Of a stretch of DNA of 64,000 nucleotides, positions 40,701 through 52,833 are shown one piece after another. The notes beneath the pieces are model-generated. The model saw nothing but the letters and a program-made list of their open reading frames with translations. It had not been told where the DNA came from and ran no database searches. The translations under genes were made by a program, and so were the position numbers. Positions within the stretch are counted from its first letter, which is position 1; each line of letters starts with the position of its first letter. The DNA comes from Podarcis bocagei (Eukaryota). Where the stretch lies: NCBI GenBank assembly GCA_964188305.1, contig OZ076887.1. One strand, written 5' to 3'.

Positions 40701-43065
40701 TCTGCATGCCCTTCACTTTCCCTGTGCATCTTCTCTCAAATTTTCTCAGCATTCCTCTCCCAACTTCAAAATGGTGATTTGTCCCTGTTTCCCCCCTTTT
40801 ACAGCCACTTTTTATTTTTTCATCTTATGACTCTGTTCCCCTCCCATTTGTAAAACATGTCCGCTTCTGTTCACTGTGTAATAATTCTCAGATCTTGTGT
40901 CCTTTTCACATAGCTTCCTAGCCATATTTATACTCTCCTTATTTACACACAAGTGCCTCTAAATCTACCAATTCCCACCATAGTATTTCTATTTGCTTAT
41001 GCTTGAGCTATTCCCAGAGTGATTCATGTAGTGCTGCTACTTGGGCAACTGGGAGATCCATGCGGCACCTCATACACAGTGGAACTTGTGGAAAACCAGT
41101 CTTAGGTCGTATTCAAATGTTTACTTATCAACGTTAACAGAATTTTTTCCTGTTACCAATAGCTCTATTTTTATTTTATGTGTTCCTCCCCTGACCTTTC
41201 TTTCCTTTTCTTGAAGCTCTTAGAGTGCAGTCCTAATCTGTTGATGTTAATAGCTAGAGTAGGGTTAGAATGACACTTTGCTTCCTCTGTGCTAGTAGGG
41301 CAAAAATACTGCCAGGCTTCAGGTGATGGGCCACAAAACAGGGTTTTTCAAGGATGGGGGCAGCTTTGGATCTGCTGGATCCTGTCCCCCCCTGGACGCC
41401 CCAAAGGGCTACATCTTTTGAATCCCTCAGGTACACCAGCACATGGCATAGTGAAAAGGTAAGGAAAAAACATCTACCACCCGCTTCTATCCTAATCATT
41501 GTTAGCTAGCAGGACCTGATATGTGACGTCTGCTACTCCTTCCTGAACCCACCTAGGGATGCTGTACAAGGTGTCTAACAAAGCTTTATGCTTCTAATCC
41601 CTATCTCCTGTCAGAAATTTAACCATAACATATTTATCTTAAAACACTGGGACCTATATTTTTGTGATGAAGATTTTGTCTTTTAACACCAGGTCTCGAT
41701 GCATTCTGGTAAGAATAGTTCTTAGACAACATCTCTTGTAGTCTTTGCTCTCACACAAAAGCATATATTTTTTTAGGAGTAAAGGATTTTGGCTAAAGAT
41801 GTTGAGTGAAATTGTAACAATGCACACATTGAACATGACCCATGTAGAAAGAGACTCATTATATTTAATTCTTGGTGATAACAATAGGAGCACGGACAGG
41901 AAATTTGTTTAGAGCTATACATAAACAAAGCTACTTTTAGGTGCCCCCCTCCCAAATTCTCACACTGATAAGAATGTACCACAGCCACTAGGAGACATGC
42001 ATTTTGTTTTGCAAAATCCCTAGCAACAAATATACCCATCTTTCAAAGTTAAGTTTCTCTGGATAAAACATGCAATTCAAGTAATGGTATATCAAGGTTT
42101 CAGATTAATTGGCTTTATGAAGCAACATTCAATTCATCTGCAAAGCAAAGCAATTAATATTTCTGAGATCAAGGGCCAATGTCTGATTCATACCACTTTG
42201 ACATTGTGATTAAAGCTAGCTATTTATTTCCTGGTCTAAGCCCTTCTGGTATTGGAAGGAAAAAAAGAAGGAAATCGGTTCTCAAATGCGCTATGGTACT
42301 TTCTACAGTTAAATAACACTGAGAAAGTGAAATCTTCAAAAAGCCCAAATTAAAAAGCTAAAAAAAGTTTTAACTGAAACTCGCAATAATGAGCAACAAA
42401 TGAAATCCTCAGGAAAACTTGTGCTAATTCTTTGGCTTAAAGAAAGCTAAACTGGCAGGTCTTTGGAAAGCCAATTCATCTATACTACACAATAGACAAA
42501 GCTAAGAAAAAGAAATGACAGAACCTTAAGGTTTCTGTGTGTCATAAGGTTGGAGGTAGATGCCATCCATCTACAAGAGGCCAGATCCTGCATTTGGAGT
42601 CTGAAACCTCTGCACTCATTGTTTAGCATAGTTCATTCCTGATCTAGGTGGTCTGATGACAAATTAATCTGACACCAGCTCCGCAATTTCACATCTTGAT
42701 CAGGCACTGTTAAAAGTCTTGATGTTTCTTATGAGGTATAAAGTATGAATTATTTCACCAAGCGTGACATGATATCAAAAAGGTCAATCACTTTTGTATC
42801 TATAGATACAGTTGCATTGAGAGATATCAGAAGTGCCTTTTGCAGATACACTGAAAAGGCACTAGAGTTGTTGTTTTCCAAAACAACTTTGTTGGTTAAA
42901 GTTGTTATCCTTACTCATTTTACTTATCCATGGAAAAGTCTATAGCAAAGGAAGCAGTCCTGCAAGTCTGTACTTCCGATGAGCTATTCTTCTCACTAGG
43001 ACAATTTACCATGTAGTTAAATTACTTAGGTCTCTTTTAATTTAGGCTTCTATCTTATACCCAGT

Positions 43066-43131
43066 GTCCTGGAAGTAAGCCCCGCTGAACTCAGTGGGAC
43101 TTACTTTTGAGAAGCCATCCGTAGGATTGCA
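43066..43131. mobile_element. Short palindromic MITE-like repeat copy
   Basis: AAGTAAGCCCCGCTGAACTCAGTGGGACTTACTT hairpin core followed by TAGGATTGCA. Confidence 0.6.
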
Positions 43132-44949
43132 TTACTAGGTACCAGTCCAACACATAGTGGACTTCCTCCCTTCCACTAGTGGTAGTAATTGGACTGTTAT
43201 GAATTCCAGTCACTTCTAGCTTGACCTAGAGGTGAAAAAAAGAGATGTCCAAACATTGTCGCAAACTGGTCAAGTCTCTTAAGGCACAGTTTATCTGAAG
43301 AATTGCACCTTCCTATAAAAATAAATGCCAGTTCTATGGTAATGTTATCTTCCTCCTGGAAACATAGTATACACAATAAAGTTTACATGTGTTAAGTAGA
43401 TTTGTCTAAACAAGTATCCTACAAACATTCATGAGGTTTGACATTGTAACTACAAGTGTAAAACAACGTAGACAAAACACGACTATATGGAACAACTTGT
43501 TTGCAAGGACACATTATTATTTACAGACTTACTGTGACTGACAATTGGAATAATGATATTCCGACATCCTCATCTAGACCAATATTGTGCATTTCATTTT
43601 GATGCTAAGAAATCAGTCTCGAAACATAAAATGAAGATAGATTAGGAGTTAGATGCTCATTTCAAGTCTCCAAACTAAACGTAATTAAGAGTGTAGTGTT
43701 TGTGGAAATGCAGCAAAACTGAGCATAATCTTACTTTATCTAATTGGGACAGTACCGCACAAAATAAGACATGTATAGCTGAGTACATAATTTGCTTCAA
43801 TAATAGTAGCATAGTTTCCCACTGTATCTCTCCAGGGCCAAATAGTTAACTGGTTTTTCCCATTTATACATTGCATGCTAATACTGAATATGATTTGGAA
43901 TAGTTTGGGGATAATGCATATGAAAAAATTTAAAACACCAAGTCCATGTCTAAAAACTCCTAAACCCTTTATCCTTCGTTTACCGGTAGTTCATCTCTGC
44001 CAGCCCAGCATATCCTCCATTTTTAAAAAGAAAACTGGGAAATAATTGAGTTTATCTTTACAGATACTTAAAAACAAATATATGGCAGGTTTTCATTACA
44101 TGCCTCCAAAGACATCATCAGGTTGCTATACAGTGTATTAAGGACAAAAGAAAAGCTCCTGAAACAGAGTTATGATTCAGCAAATAACTTTGGCATTGAT
44201 CCATTTAAATGAACACAAGCATAGATTGAGAATACTGTCACAAATTATTCTTCCTGTGCCTAAGTATTTTTGAGTGGGACATTTGTTGCAAATTGATACT
44301 TGGAAAATGCTTTTTGTTCCAACAAGACTTGAAAAACACAAGACGGAAACATCTATAAGAACATCCCCCTACACACACACACACACATACACACACAACT
44401 TTACTTTTTGTCAAGTACTATTTCAGCACCATGCTTCCCTTCAGGAAAGGAGTACTTGGAGATTCTCTAAAATGCTGTTACATCTCCCCTCTTTTTGCCT
44501 CTGCTCCTCTGGAGATGAGCAGACAACCTTTCCAAGTGCATGTGACCTATTGGATCACATTTCTATGATCACAGGTGCCAATGGATTTCACATGGCCCTC
44601 TGTAGAGGGCACAAAGTGCAAAATTGTCATAATGTCGCAGGTTGCGTGACTCTTATTGTTTTGGTGCCTTGGTCTTTGGCCCAGAAGTCTTTGGCTGTCC
44701 GGCCTTCCCTTTGTAGTCTGGAGCTGGAGTAACAGGGTGTTCGGATTTATGCCCATTGTATCCATTTACAAAGACACACTGATAGTAGCGGACAGCAGCT
44801 GGGAAGGAAAAAAGAAAAGAAAAAGAATGGTCACTAACATTTGGTTTTGGTTACTATTGCATTAAAGTGGCATTGATCTGAGGAAACACCAAGTTTACCA
44901 AAGTGTAGGTTGACATTCCTACTTTACTTCTATACTGACTGTTGTTTGA

Positions 44950-45028
44950 CTCTAACTCCCATCATTCCTGACCATTTGCCATGCAGGGGATCAACAACAT
45001 CTGGAGGGCCACAGGTTCCCCACACCTG
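44950..45028. mobile_element. Degenerate hAT MITE fragment related to 29311-29447
   Basis: AACTCCCATCATTCCTGACCA and AACATCTGGAGGGC segments are shared with the intact copy. Confidence 0.6.
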
Positions 45029-45478
45029 ATATATATTATACTCAGATAGCTCCCATATAAATCTATAATATTGTCAGGATTGACTTTCTTCAACATAGTT
45101 AGACCTGGTGCCATCACACCAAGGTGAATGCTAACCACTCCCTCCTGCAATCTCATCTCCCCCATGCTTGTTTACCTCTACACAACAAATCCAATATTAT
45201 GACCTAGAAATGACATGATCTTTCAAATCAAACTGAAATTGAACCTCACATACACCATTCTTATTTTATTAATAGAAATGAGATACAGTAAGAAAACAAT
45301 CCAGTTACAAACTCACATTTATCTTTCTTTGTTGCACTTAGATCAGTGTGTCCCTCTATAAAAAAAGTAGTAAATGCAAGGTTCTTTAGTAAAAAGAAAC
45401 TTAAAACAATATTTGTGTTTCTAGGTCAATGATGGAAAAGGGGAAAATATAAAATCAGCACTGTTTGGGTGATAGAAG

Positions 45479-45480
<2 letters not shown>

Positions 45481-45534
<54 letters not shown>
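45481..45534. repeat. (ATT)n microsatellite
   Basis: Direct reading. Confidence 0.95.
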
Positions 45535-45538
<4 letters not shown>

Positions 45539-45911
45539 CACTGCAGCGGGGTGGCTAACCTTCTCCTGAGTCTTACAGTCAGTTCCCAATTCTAGATTCA
45601 GATGACAGGATTGGGCTGATAAGTGTCTGAAAATATCAGGCCTCTAGAAGGAAGGCGGTATGTGAACGGCACAACCCCAAAACTATGTATTTACGAGGAA
45701 CTGTTCCTTATCAAATATATATATGCAAATATATATTTTTGCATAATAATTATTTGGACTTTCCATCATCTTCTGAAGTAACAAAGCTAAATGGAGTGTA
45801 ACAGTATCCCTGGTTCCTGCAGCTAAAAGTATAAGCCCTTACCTGTATGTGTGTGTGTATCCTGTTCAGTTACCATGTATTATACATGTCCTTTCTCATC
45901 TGCTCTTGTTT

Positions 45912-46061
45912 ATCATAGAATTATAGAACTGGAAGGGACCCTGAGGATCATCTAGTCCAACCCCCTGCAAGGCAGGAAAATGCAGCTGGCCCATACAGGG
46001 GTTGAACCTGCAACCTTGGCATTATCAGCACCATGCTCTAACCAACTGAGCTATCCAGGCC
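45912..46061 (-). mobile_element. tRNA-Ile-derived SINE with CR1-type 3' tail
   Basis: Minus strand GGCCTGGATAGCTCAGTTGGTTAGAGCATGGTGCTGATAATGCCAAGGTTGCAGGTTCAACCCCTGTATGGGCCA is tRNA-Ile-like. It is followed by the CR1 tail GGGGTTGGACTAGATGATCCTCAGGGTCCCTTCCAGTTCTATAATTCTATGAT. Confidence 0.85.
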
Positions 46062-49000
46062 CTGTGTATCAACACAACCAGTCAAGTTTTCCAAGAAAGC
46101 TTTCTTCTTTTCTTAAATCCTTGTGCCATGCATATGTTGCATGATGCATTTTGAACTTGGGCACATACACCCAAGAAAAGATTCTCCATACAAGGGGGAA
46201 CCTTTTTGTGAGTGAGCCTGTGGTGAGGCGAGCCTTTGCAGCCCCACAATGCCCCTTGTGTTATTTTAGTGTTTCTGGAGGGTCACATGAACCTCTCTAA
46301 AGACACACATGCACAGGGACACACATTCTCACTCGGCTAATTATCGAAGACACACCGATGAATAATTGCCACTTTTCCCTACACACAAAAGGAAGCCAGG
46401 TAAGAATGAGGTGTCGGTACTTGAGCATAAAACATACAACAAGAAGCTGCTCTGTACCTTCACTAAACCAATTAAATCCCTGCTCTGTTATGAAAACGCC
46501 ATAAACTATTGATGCTGGTCTTCTTCAAAGTTGTTTAAAGACTGTAAAAAAATAAAATCAAGCCATGAATCTTGACTTGAATATAAAAAAACTGTTATTT
46601 TGGCTAATTAGAGGCATCTCTGGGCAATTCCACCATGAGCAAAATATGTAATGAGTTATGTGTGTCAGAAACAGGTCACCCAGCAGACATTTTTAATTAA
46701 AGCAAAGTAGTTTGGCAGAAATGGTGATGCAGACAGGTTTTTCTTAAGAGACAATGTGAGAAAACAAAATAATTATTCATTTGTATTGACACGTTAATTG
46801 AAGACAGGATCAACATTATGGATGGAAAATTCAACCTAGTGCTAAGGCAAATGTTTCATCAGTAGGATTTATTATTGCACAATGGTAAATGTCCTCCCTT
46901 TCCTCCCCGCCCTGCACCCCTGATTACAGACCCTTCATTTGGGTTAAGTCATTTTCTAATGAAATCAAACAATTTCAGTAAATCTATAGTGATGACAGGG
47001 CAGAAAACCTCCCTGGGCTTCTGCCTAAGCTACAAAGTACTCAGCCTGGGCATTGGGAGTGCGTTCACCAGCTATTATCCCTTCTTTGAACTCTTCAAAT
47101 GGTGTGTGAAGGAGACCACTGCAGCAGAAATAAGCTGACCAAGAACAAAGGGGTTTAACCAAAAGAAACTGAGCTGTCCAAGAAGTGGGAGCCCCTGAGA
47201 AAGAAGAGGAACATCACTGGCAAGCAAACAAACCCTGAAGTCAGGACTGGTAGTCAAGAAGCAGATCATGGAAGATGAAGATATAACAAGCAAAGGTGAC
47301 AATACGGGCAAAATACAGGCAAGAGGTCAAAAGGTGCTAAGACCTAACCACTCTCAGCACTCTTAACAAACTACAACTTCCAGGTTTTTTTTTAAGGGAA
47401 GCCGCAACTGTGTAAACTGGTATCACAAGTTGAGAGTGGGGATATGTTCTACTTGGTCTAGTTCTACTTGCTAAGCAATATATGGACCCTAAAACATATG
47501 CTGCTCATTTGACCATATTGCAGGGCTAGAAGGAGTCCTTGACATTTTCTTTACACATTTTGTTTAATAAATTAATGTTTTATCCTTATTTCTGAAAAAA
47601 CCCTGACTCATAAATTAAGGGTATCTTGGGGTGCAGCTAAACTTATTGATTTTGTCTTCATTTGGCAACCATGACAGGTTAATTATGGGGATTGCAGGTC
47701 TCAATGAAACATGGTTTTATTTGCTAATCATAACATTTGCTTTGTATTCTCTTTATATCAGGTCAGGTTTTGTTGCAACATCTAATTCATTGTGTAATAT
47801 TATCCCTTGAGAATGTACTTTATGTGGTAACTGCTGTGAACCCCCCTTTTTCGCACAGCTTTTCTTTTGTTATTTTATTCTATTCTTTGTTTCTTACCAG
47901 ATTTCTTTTTTTTAAAGGAAGATGGAGGTCCAAAACATCTGGAGGGGAGCCAGCTGGGAAGGCTGGTTTAGATGCTACATTTATTTATTTGTTTTTCTTT
48001 AGATCCACACATACTTCTCCAACCACCCTAGTCTTTATTGTTCATTGGCACTACAGCAGGAAAAAACCCCTCAACCTCTAGGCCACTGTTGGCATATTTC
48101 AAGATGCTGGGGGAGATGATGAGCAAGTTCTACCTTACACATAACAAAATGAAAGGTCAAAAATGTGCCAAGACAATTCACCCACCTTTTAAAAATGTCA
48201 GTCCCTAGAAATACTAAATGTAACCTATTAGGTAGTGGGTTGGGGAAAGCCACCCATTTTTGAGGAAACCCCATTATCCTCTTTTCTGTCTGGACTGTGC
48301 ACTAAAAGAAACCCTTGAGAAACCACACACATCTCTAATAGAAACTGATGGCTTGTAATTGAAGCACAGTATCGTATGACTTTATGCTGGGAGGTATTTT
48401 GCCTAGCTTGGGTTCATGGATGGATGCCTAATGCTGCAGAAGTCTCCCCCCTCCCCTGCCAACAACTGAGGTTAACCAGAGTGTGGTTATATAAGACTCT
48501 CTCTGTGTTCTTCTGATGAAAGGCAAACAGCATTAGGCTCTTTTGTGGGTGTTATGATGGAGGGACGTTTTTTTTGGGGGGGGAGGCTGTTCTTTACATG
48601 AGGAACACACACACACACAGCAAGAGGCAGGCATCTCCCTCCCCTGCTTCACTAATTGTAAAGGGGCTGCCATATTTGTAATCAAGTAGGCCAGTGGGCA
48701 ATATTTAAAGGGTTTCTACAATGTGGAAGATGTACCTTTTTTAGATGATCAGGAAACAATAACTACCATTCTGGCCTACAATAAAATTTTGCTGGAGTCC
48801 AAAAAGGAAAAGAGATTGTCACACCCTCCACACAGAGATATCCTCAGATAATTGCACAGGACCTTAATCTAACGTTAATCTCAACCCCTATTTGGAATTG
48901 AAAATATGATTCCTGGTTGTGCAGTGTTTATACACCCCCAGTTTTTAAAGAGTGTTATTGTCCTCAATTTTCCTCTGCCATAGGTTGGGTATTGAATAGA

Positions 49001-49238
49001 TCACCTATGTTTGGGGTAGATAAGAACATAATAAAAACAAAACCAGGTCTAATCATTTCTTCAACATGGAAAGTTAACTAATTAGTCTTAGAGCCAGTAA
49101 AGGATTATATTCAGTTCTGGTTTGCAAAGTGCAAAAAGATACACACAGATACACTCATTACTTCTCTGTGACAATAATCCCCATCCATTTAAAAGAATGA
49201 AAACGCCATCACTGGCTTGTGAATTACATCATTAAGCT

Positions 49239-49331
49239 AAAATAAAATAAAAAAATCCTTCCTGTAGCACCTTAAAGACCAACTAAGTTAGTTCTTGGTA
49301 TAAGCTTTCGTGTGCATGCACACTTCTTCAG
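49239..49331 (-). mobile_element. Penelope-like element terminal fragment with minimal hammerhead ribozyme motif
   Basis: 11-bp direct repeat ATCATTAAGCT at 49228-49238 and 49332-49342. Minus strand carries CTGAAGA-A-GTGTGCATGCACAC-GAAA-GCT-T-ATAC. Shares GTAGCACCTTAAAGACC with 62935-62952. Confidence 0.75.
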
Positions 49332-49455
49332 ATCATTAAGCTGTCATCTGTCAGATCTCTTCTTACAGTTTGTAAGTCTTAACGTTTGCATTGCCCTGAA
49401 CCTAAGCACTGGTATCAAAGTGGGTTGGAAATTTGTAGTTTTCTAACCCACTAGC

Positions 49456-49742
49456 CCCCTTCATGGATCACTGCCTTGTCATGGCAAAGGGGCTTGAATA
49501 ACTCAGAGAAGCTATGAGCTATGCCGTGCAGGGCCACGCAAGACGGACAGGTCATAGCTGAGAGTTTAGACTAACTGTGATCCACCTGGAGAAGGAACTG
49601 GCAAACCACTCCAGTATTTTGCCAAGAAAACTCCATGGACATAAAAAAGGAGAAGCTTTGAAAAGAAAGTGAGTTTCTCCAAGATATGCTCTGGTTCATG
49701 GGGTCACGGAGAGTCGAATACAACTAAGATGACTAAACAACA
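49456..49742 (+). mobile_element. BovB (RTE)-derived bipartite non-autonomous retroelement
   Basis: BovB-like 5' part (GGATCACTGCCTTGTC...GCCGTGCAGGGCCAC...TCCACCTGGAGAAGGAACTGGCAAACCACTCCAGTAT) joined to a 3' end (CATGGGGTCACGGAGAGTCGAATACAACT...(CAA)n). 11-bp TSD AACCCACTAGC at 49445-49455 and 49743-49753. Confidence 0.85.
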
Positions 49743-50013
49743 AACCCACTAGCATAAGGGATTTAGTATGCCAAATTATAAGAAAAAAACCAAAATATAA
49801 TGCAGGATAATGGGGATGAAGACTCATGTATTTAAGGCAATTCAGTCACTGTAACATTCAATTACCTGCATCTTTCCATTTGGTAGGGGTGTGCATTTGT
49901 TTCTGTGGGCTTACATTTTCTGTTTTAGCTACCAGCAAACTGCCACCAACCTTAGCAGCAAAATCCAGGAATTCTATCGAAGCAACTGCAGTGTTCCATG
50001 CACCAGAAACCAT

Positions 50014-50154
50014 TTAGTTATGCTGGCCACATGATCCACAAAGCTGTCTGCAGACAAATGTTGGCTCCCTTGGCCTGAAAGCAGAGATGAGTGCTGCACC
50101 CCATAGTCAAATCTGATTGCACTTAACTGTCCAGGGGTCTGTACCTTTACCTTA
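50014..50154 (+). mobile_element. Sauria SINE 3' fragment
   Basis: TTAGTTATGCTGGCCACATGA...GAGATGAG...ACCTTTACCTT is homologous to the 3' half of 57474-57830. Confidence 0.8.
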
Positions 50155-52233
50155 TTGGAAAGCCTGATTGACTGTCTGGTGTGGTCCACATGGAAACCAC
50201 AGTGTCTAGAATTTCCCATTATTTCTCAAGTGCAAGTGGCAACAAAACAAAACCCTTCGCTCTTCTGAAAATTGACTTCTTGTTCAAATCCCATAACAGA
50301 ACAGCAGCATCAGGAGTAGTACATTTATATTTTAGGGTTAAAAATGTATTACATTTCCTGATAGGCCTATGAAGTTTTCAAGGGCAAATGACTCATTCTT
50401 TCTCAGTCCCTGACAGAATAAATAACAATATTTTTGATAACCCAAGTTGTGTTTTGTACAATACTGACATGTACTATATGTCACCTGAGAATCAAAGAAG
50501 TTTGCAGTGTTGTTAACCCTAAGCAGAACTTACTTGCTCTTGCAGCTTTTGAAATCTTGTCTGCAAAGGAAAGAAAGTTGTATGTCAGAGAGACAGAGAG
50601 AACTTGAAAGACAATTGAACAACATAACAGCCACCCTCTTTGCTTATTAATACAGGTTTTGATGAAGTTAACTCAGATGAATATATGAAGTTGTCAGGCA
50701 GTGATGATGACAATATGCCCTTGAACAACTTCTTTGATAATGTGATTGGAGACTGTTGCTTTGCCCAGGCAAACATCTAAGAAACCCTACTGTTATCTAC
50801 CACGGTGGGTGCAAAGGGTAAACGTGTTTGAAAAAATGATAAGCTCCAGCAAGAGACACAGCTTCACTTGTCTTCCTACTTGCTACCTAATTCATTCATC
50901 TTTCCCTGGGGTGTAACTTTACTTATTAGAATAAAGAGCAAATGTAAAGCTCCAATTTATGCGATCTGCACTCAGACTGCAACTGATTCGTAATACTAAT
51001 TTAAGAAAACACCTTTAATATGATCTAAACATGCATTAGGCAAGTAAAATGGCACATAGGTTGTTATGTAGGGCAAACAGTTGGCTTCTGCCACTGAAAA
51101 ATGAAGAGAGCCATTGTTGTGAGTGGTGGGATCCTGGGCATGTACTGCACTTGGGAGTGATTATGGGGCTGGCAGATTGGCAATCCAAACTCAAAGTATA
51201 GATTCATAAACATGCACTTCATTTTTTATTACAATGGAGTCCAACCTGCTCTGGTTGTAGCTCCCAGGTCAGCCAAACAGCTAGTGACTACATCTCTTCA
51301 AAACCAGTCTCTCTTTTATGTACCACATGAACATTTCATTCCTCACAGAATGCTATGGGAGAATCCTGGATGTGTGTGTGAATTGCACCAACTAATAATC
51401 TATACTTTGGGAAGAGAAATGTGCAGTTAGGTGGATTTGTACTGTAAACAGCACCACTGAGGACTTCCTTCTTTTTCTCATGTGTTTTTGTAGGGTGGAC
51501 AAAAGTGGAAAGAGGACACACTTTCTGTATTAATCTGTTTTGCTCACTAAAATCCATCAGGGATATAAGAAATCTGTTTATCTCCAACTGCTTCAATTCA
51601 CATATGTGGTTAATAATTTCAAGTGAATAAAGCTGATTAGCAAATCCAGTAGGATCATGTGCAGGAACATAGACCACCAGTACAGTGCTGTCAAGTAACA
51701 TGGGAAATCTTATCTGAGCAAAAAAATCTGGTAAAGTAGGGGAGTGGTAGAGTTATCCTGGCCAACTGACATGACAGTAGAGGTGACCAGTTTGCCAAAG
51801 TAACAAACACTGAACACAAACATGGGAAATCATCATGTATGATCCTTGGCTCAAACTGAGAGAAACTTGTTTGTAAGTTCCATTGAATTCAAAACTAACA
51901 TTCAGTTATGGCATATTATGCCCATTAATAGACAAGACCCATTCATAGACAAGACCCATTCTTAATTGGATTTAAGAAGGCCTATTTTCTCTGGGTTGGC
52001 TAATGTTTATATGTTCATCCCTACTAATATTCAGCTTGAGCTGTACACATGTAGCCATTAGAGGACTGGGTGACTTTGGAAACTTAGAGCAAAAAACTAT
52101 TCATTACCTGTTGTCACATTGTGATGGTAGTGGGTTTCTTTTACTGCTGGGACTGTTAAGCAAAACAGAAAGATCCAATTCATTTACATTCCCAAGGTCA
52201 ATTTAGGCATTAAAGTTCCTAATTAAACCTACT

Positions 52234-52298
52234 ATGTTTTCTATATGTTGTAAGACGCCCAGAGTGCCTGGGGAAACCCAGCCAGATGGGTGGGTTAT

Positions 52299-52352
<54 letters not shown>
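52234..52352 (+). mobile_element. L2 extreme 3' end with (AAC)n tail
   Basis: GCCCAGAGTGCCTGGGGAAACCCAGCCAGATGGGTGGGTTATAA matches the reverse complement of the L2 terminus at about 26058-26103. Confidence 0.85.
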
Positions 52353-52353
<1 letters not shown>

Positions 52354-52631
52354 TTTGCATATTACCCTGTTAAGTCACATGCATTGTGCAGGTTAAAACA
52401 ACAACAGCAATAATATTTCTGACACTAATATCACATTTTGGTGCCCTGTTAAACACATTTTAATTTCTAAGAAATCATTGGAATTGGGCATTTAAACAAC
52501 ACGCTCAATTAAAAAGCAAAACACAAAAAATAAGGAAAGGGACATTCTTTTGGCAATTTGCTGCAGGATAAGAGGTTCTAATAGGATACTTCACAAAAAA
52601 CTATCTAAGCAGCATGATTCTATATAGATTT

Positions 52632-52833
52632 CGGGCCCCAGAGAGATCAGACTGGCCTCGACCTGAAGATCGTCACTTGTCCAGTTTTAATTTTAATTTG
52701 TTTGAATTAATTGTGGGATGTATCTTAATTTATTGATCGCTTGTTTTTATGCATTGTCTTACTTGTATGATGTTAGCCGCTCTGAGCCTAGCTGTGAGCC
52801 CGGGCGGGATATAAATAAATTATTATTATTATT
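52632..52833 (+). mobile_element. L2-type 3' fragment (second subfamily) with (TTA)n tail
   Basis: T-rich 3'UTR, GTTAGCCGCTCTGAGCC...GGGCGGGATATAAATAAAT terminal stem-loop, and a microsatellite tail. Confidence 0.65.

Noticed and set aside
45990-46061. Functional tRNA-Ile(GAT) gene (likewise tRNA-Lys at about 13345-13415)
   Set aside because: Stems are mismatched, CpG decay is evident, and each is fused to a CR1 tail, so these are SINE heads.
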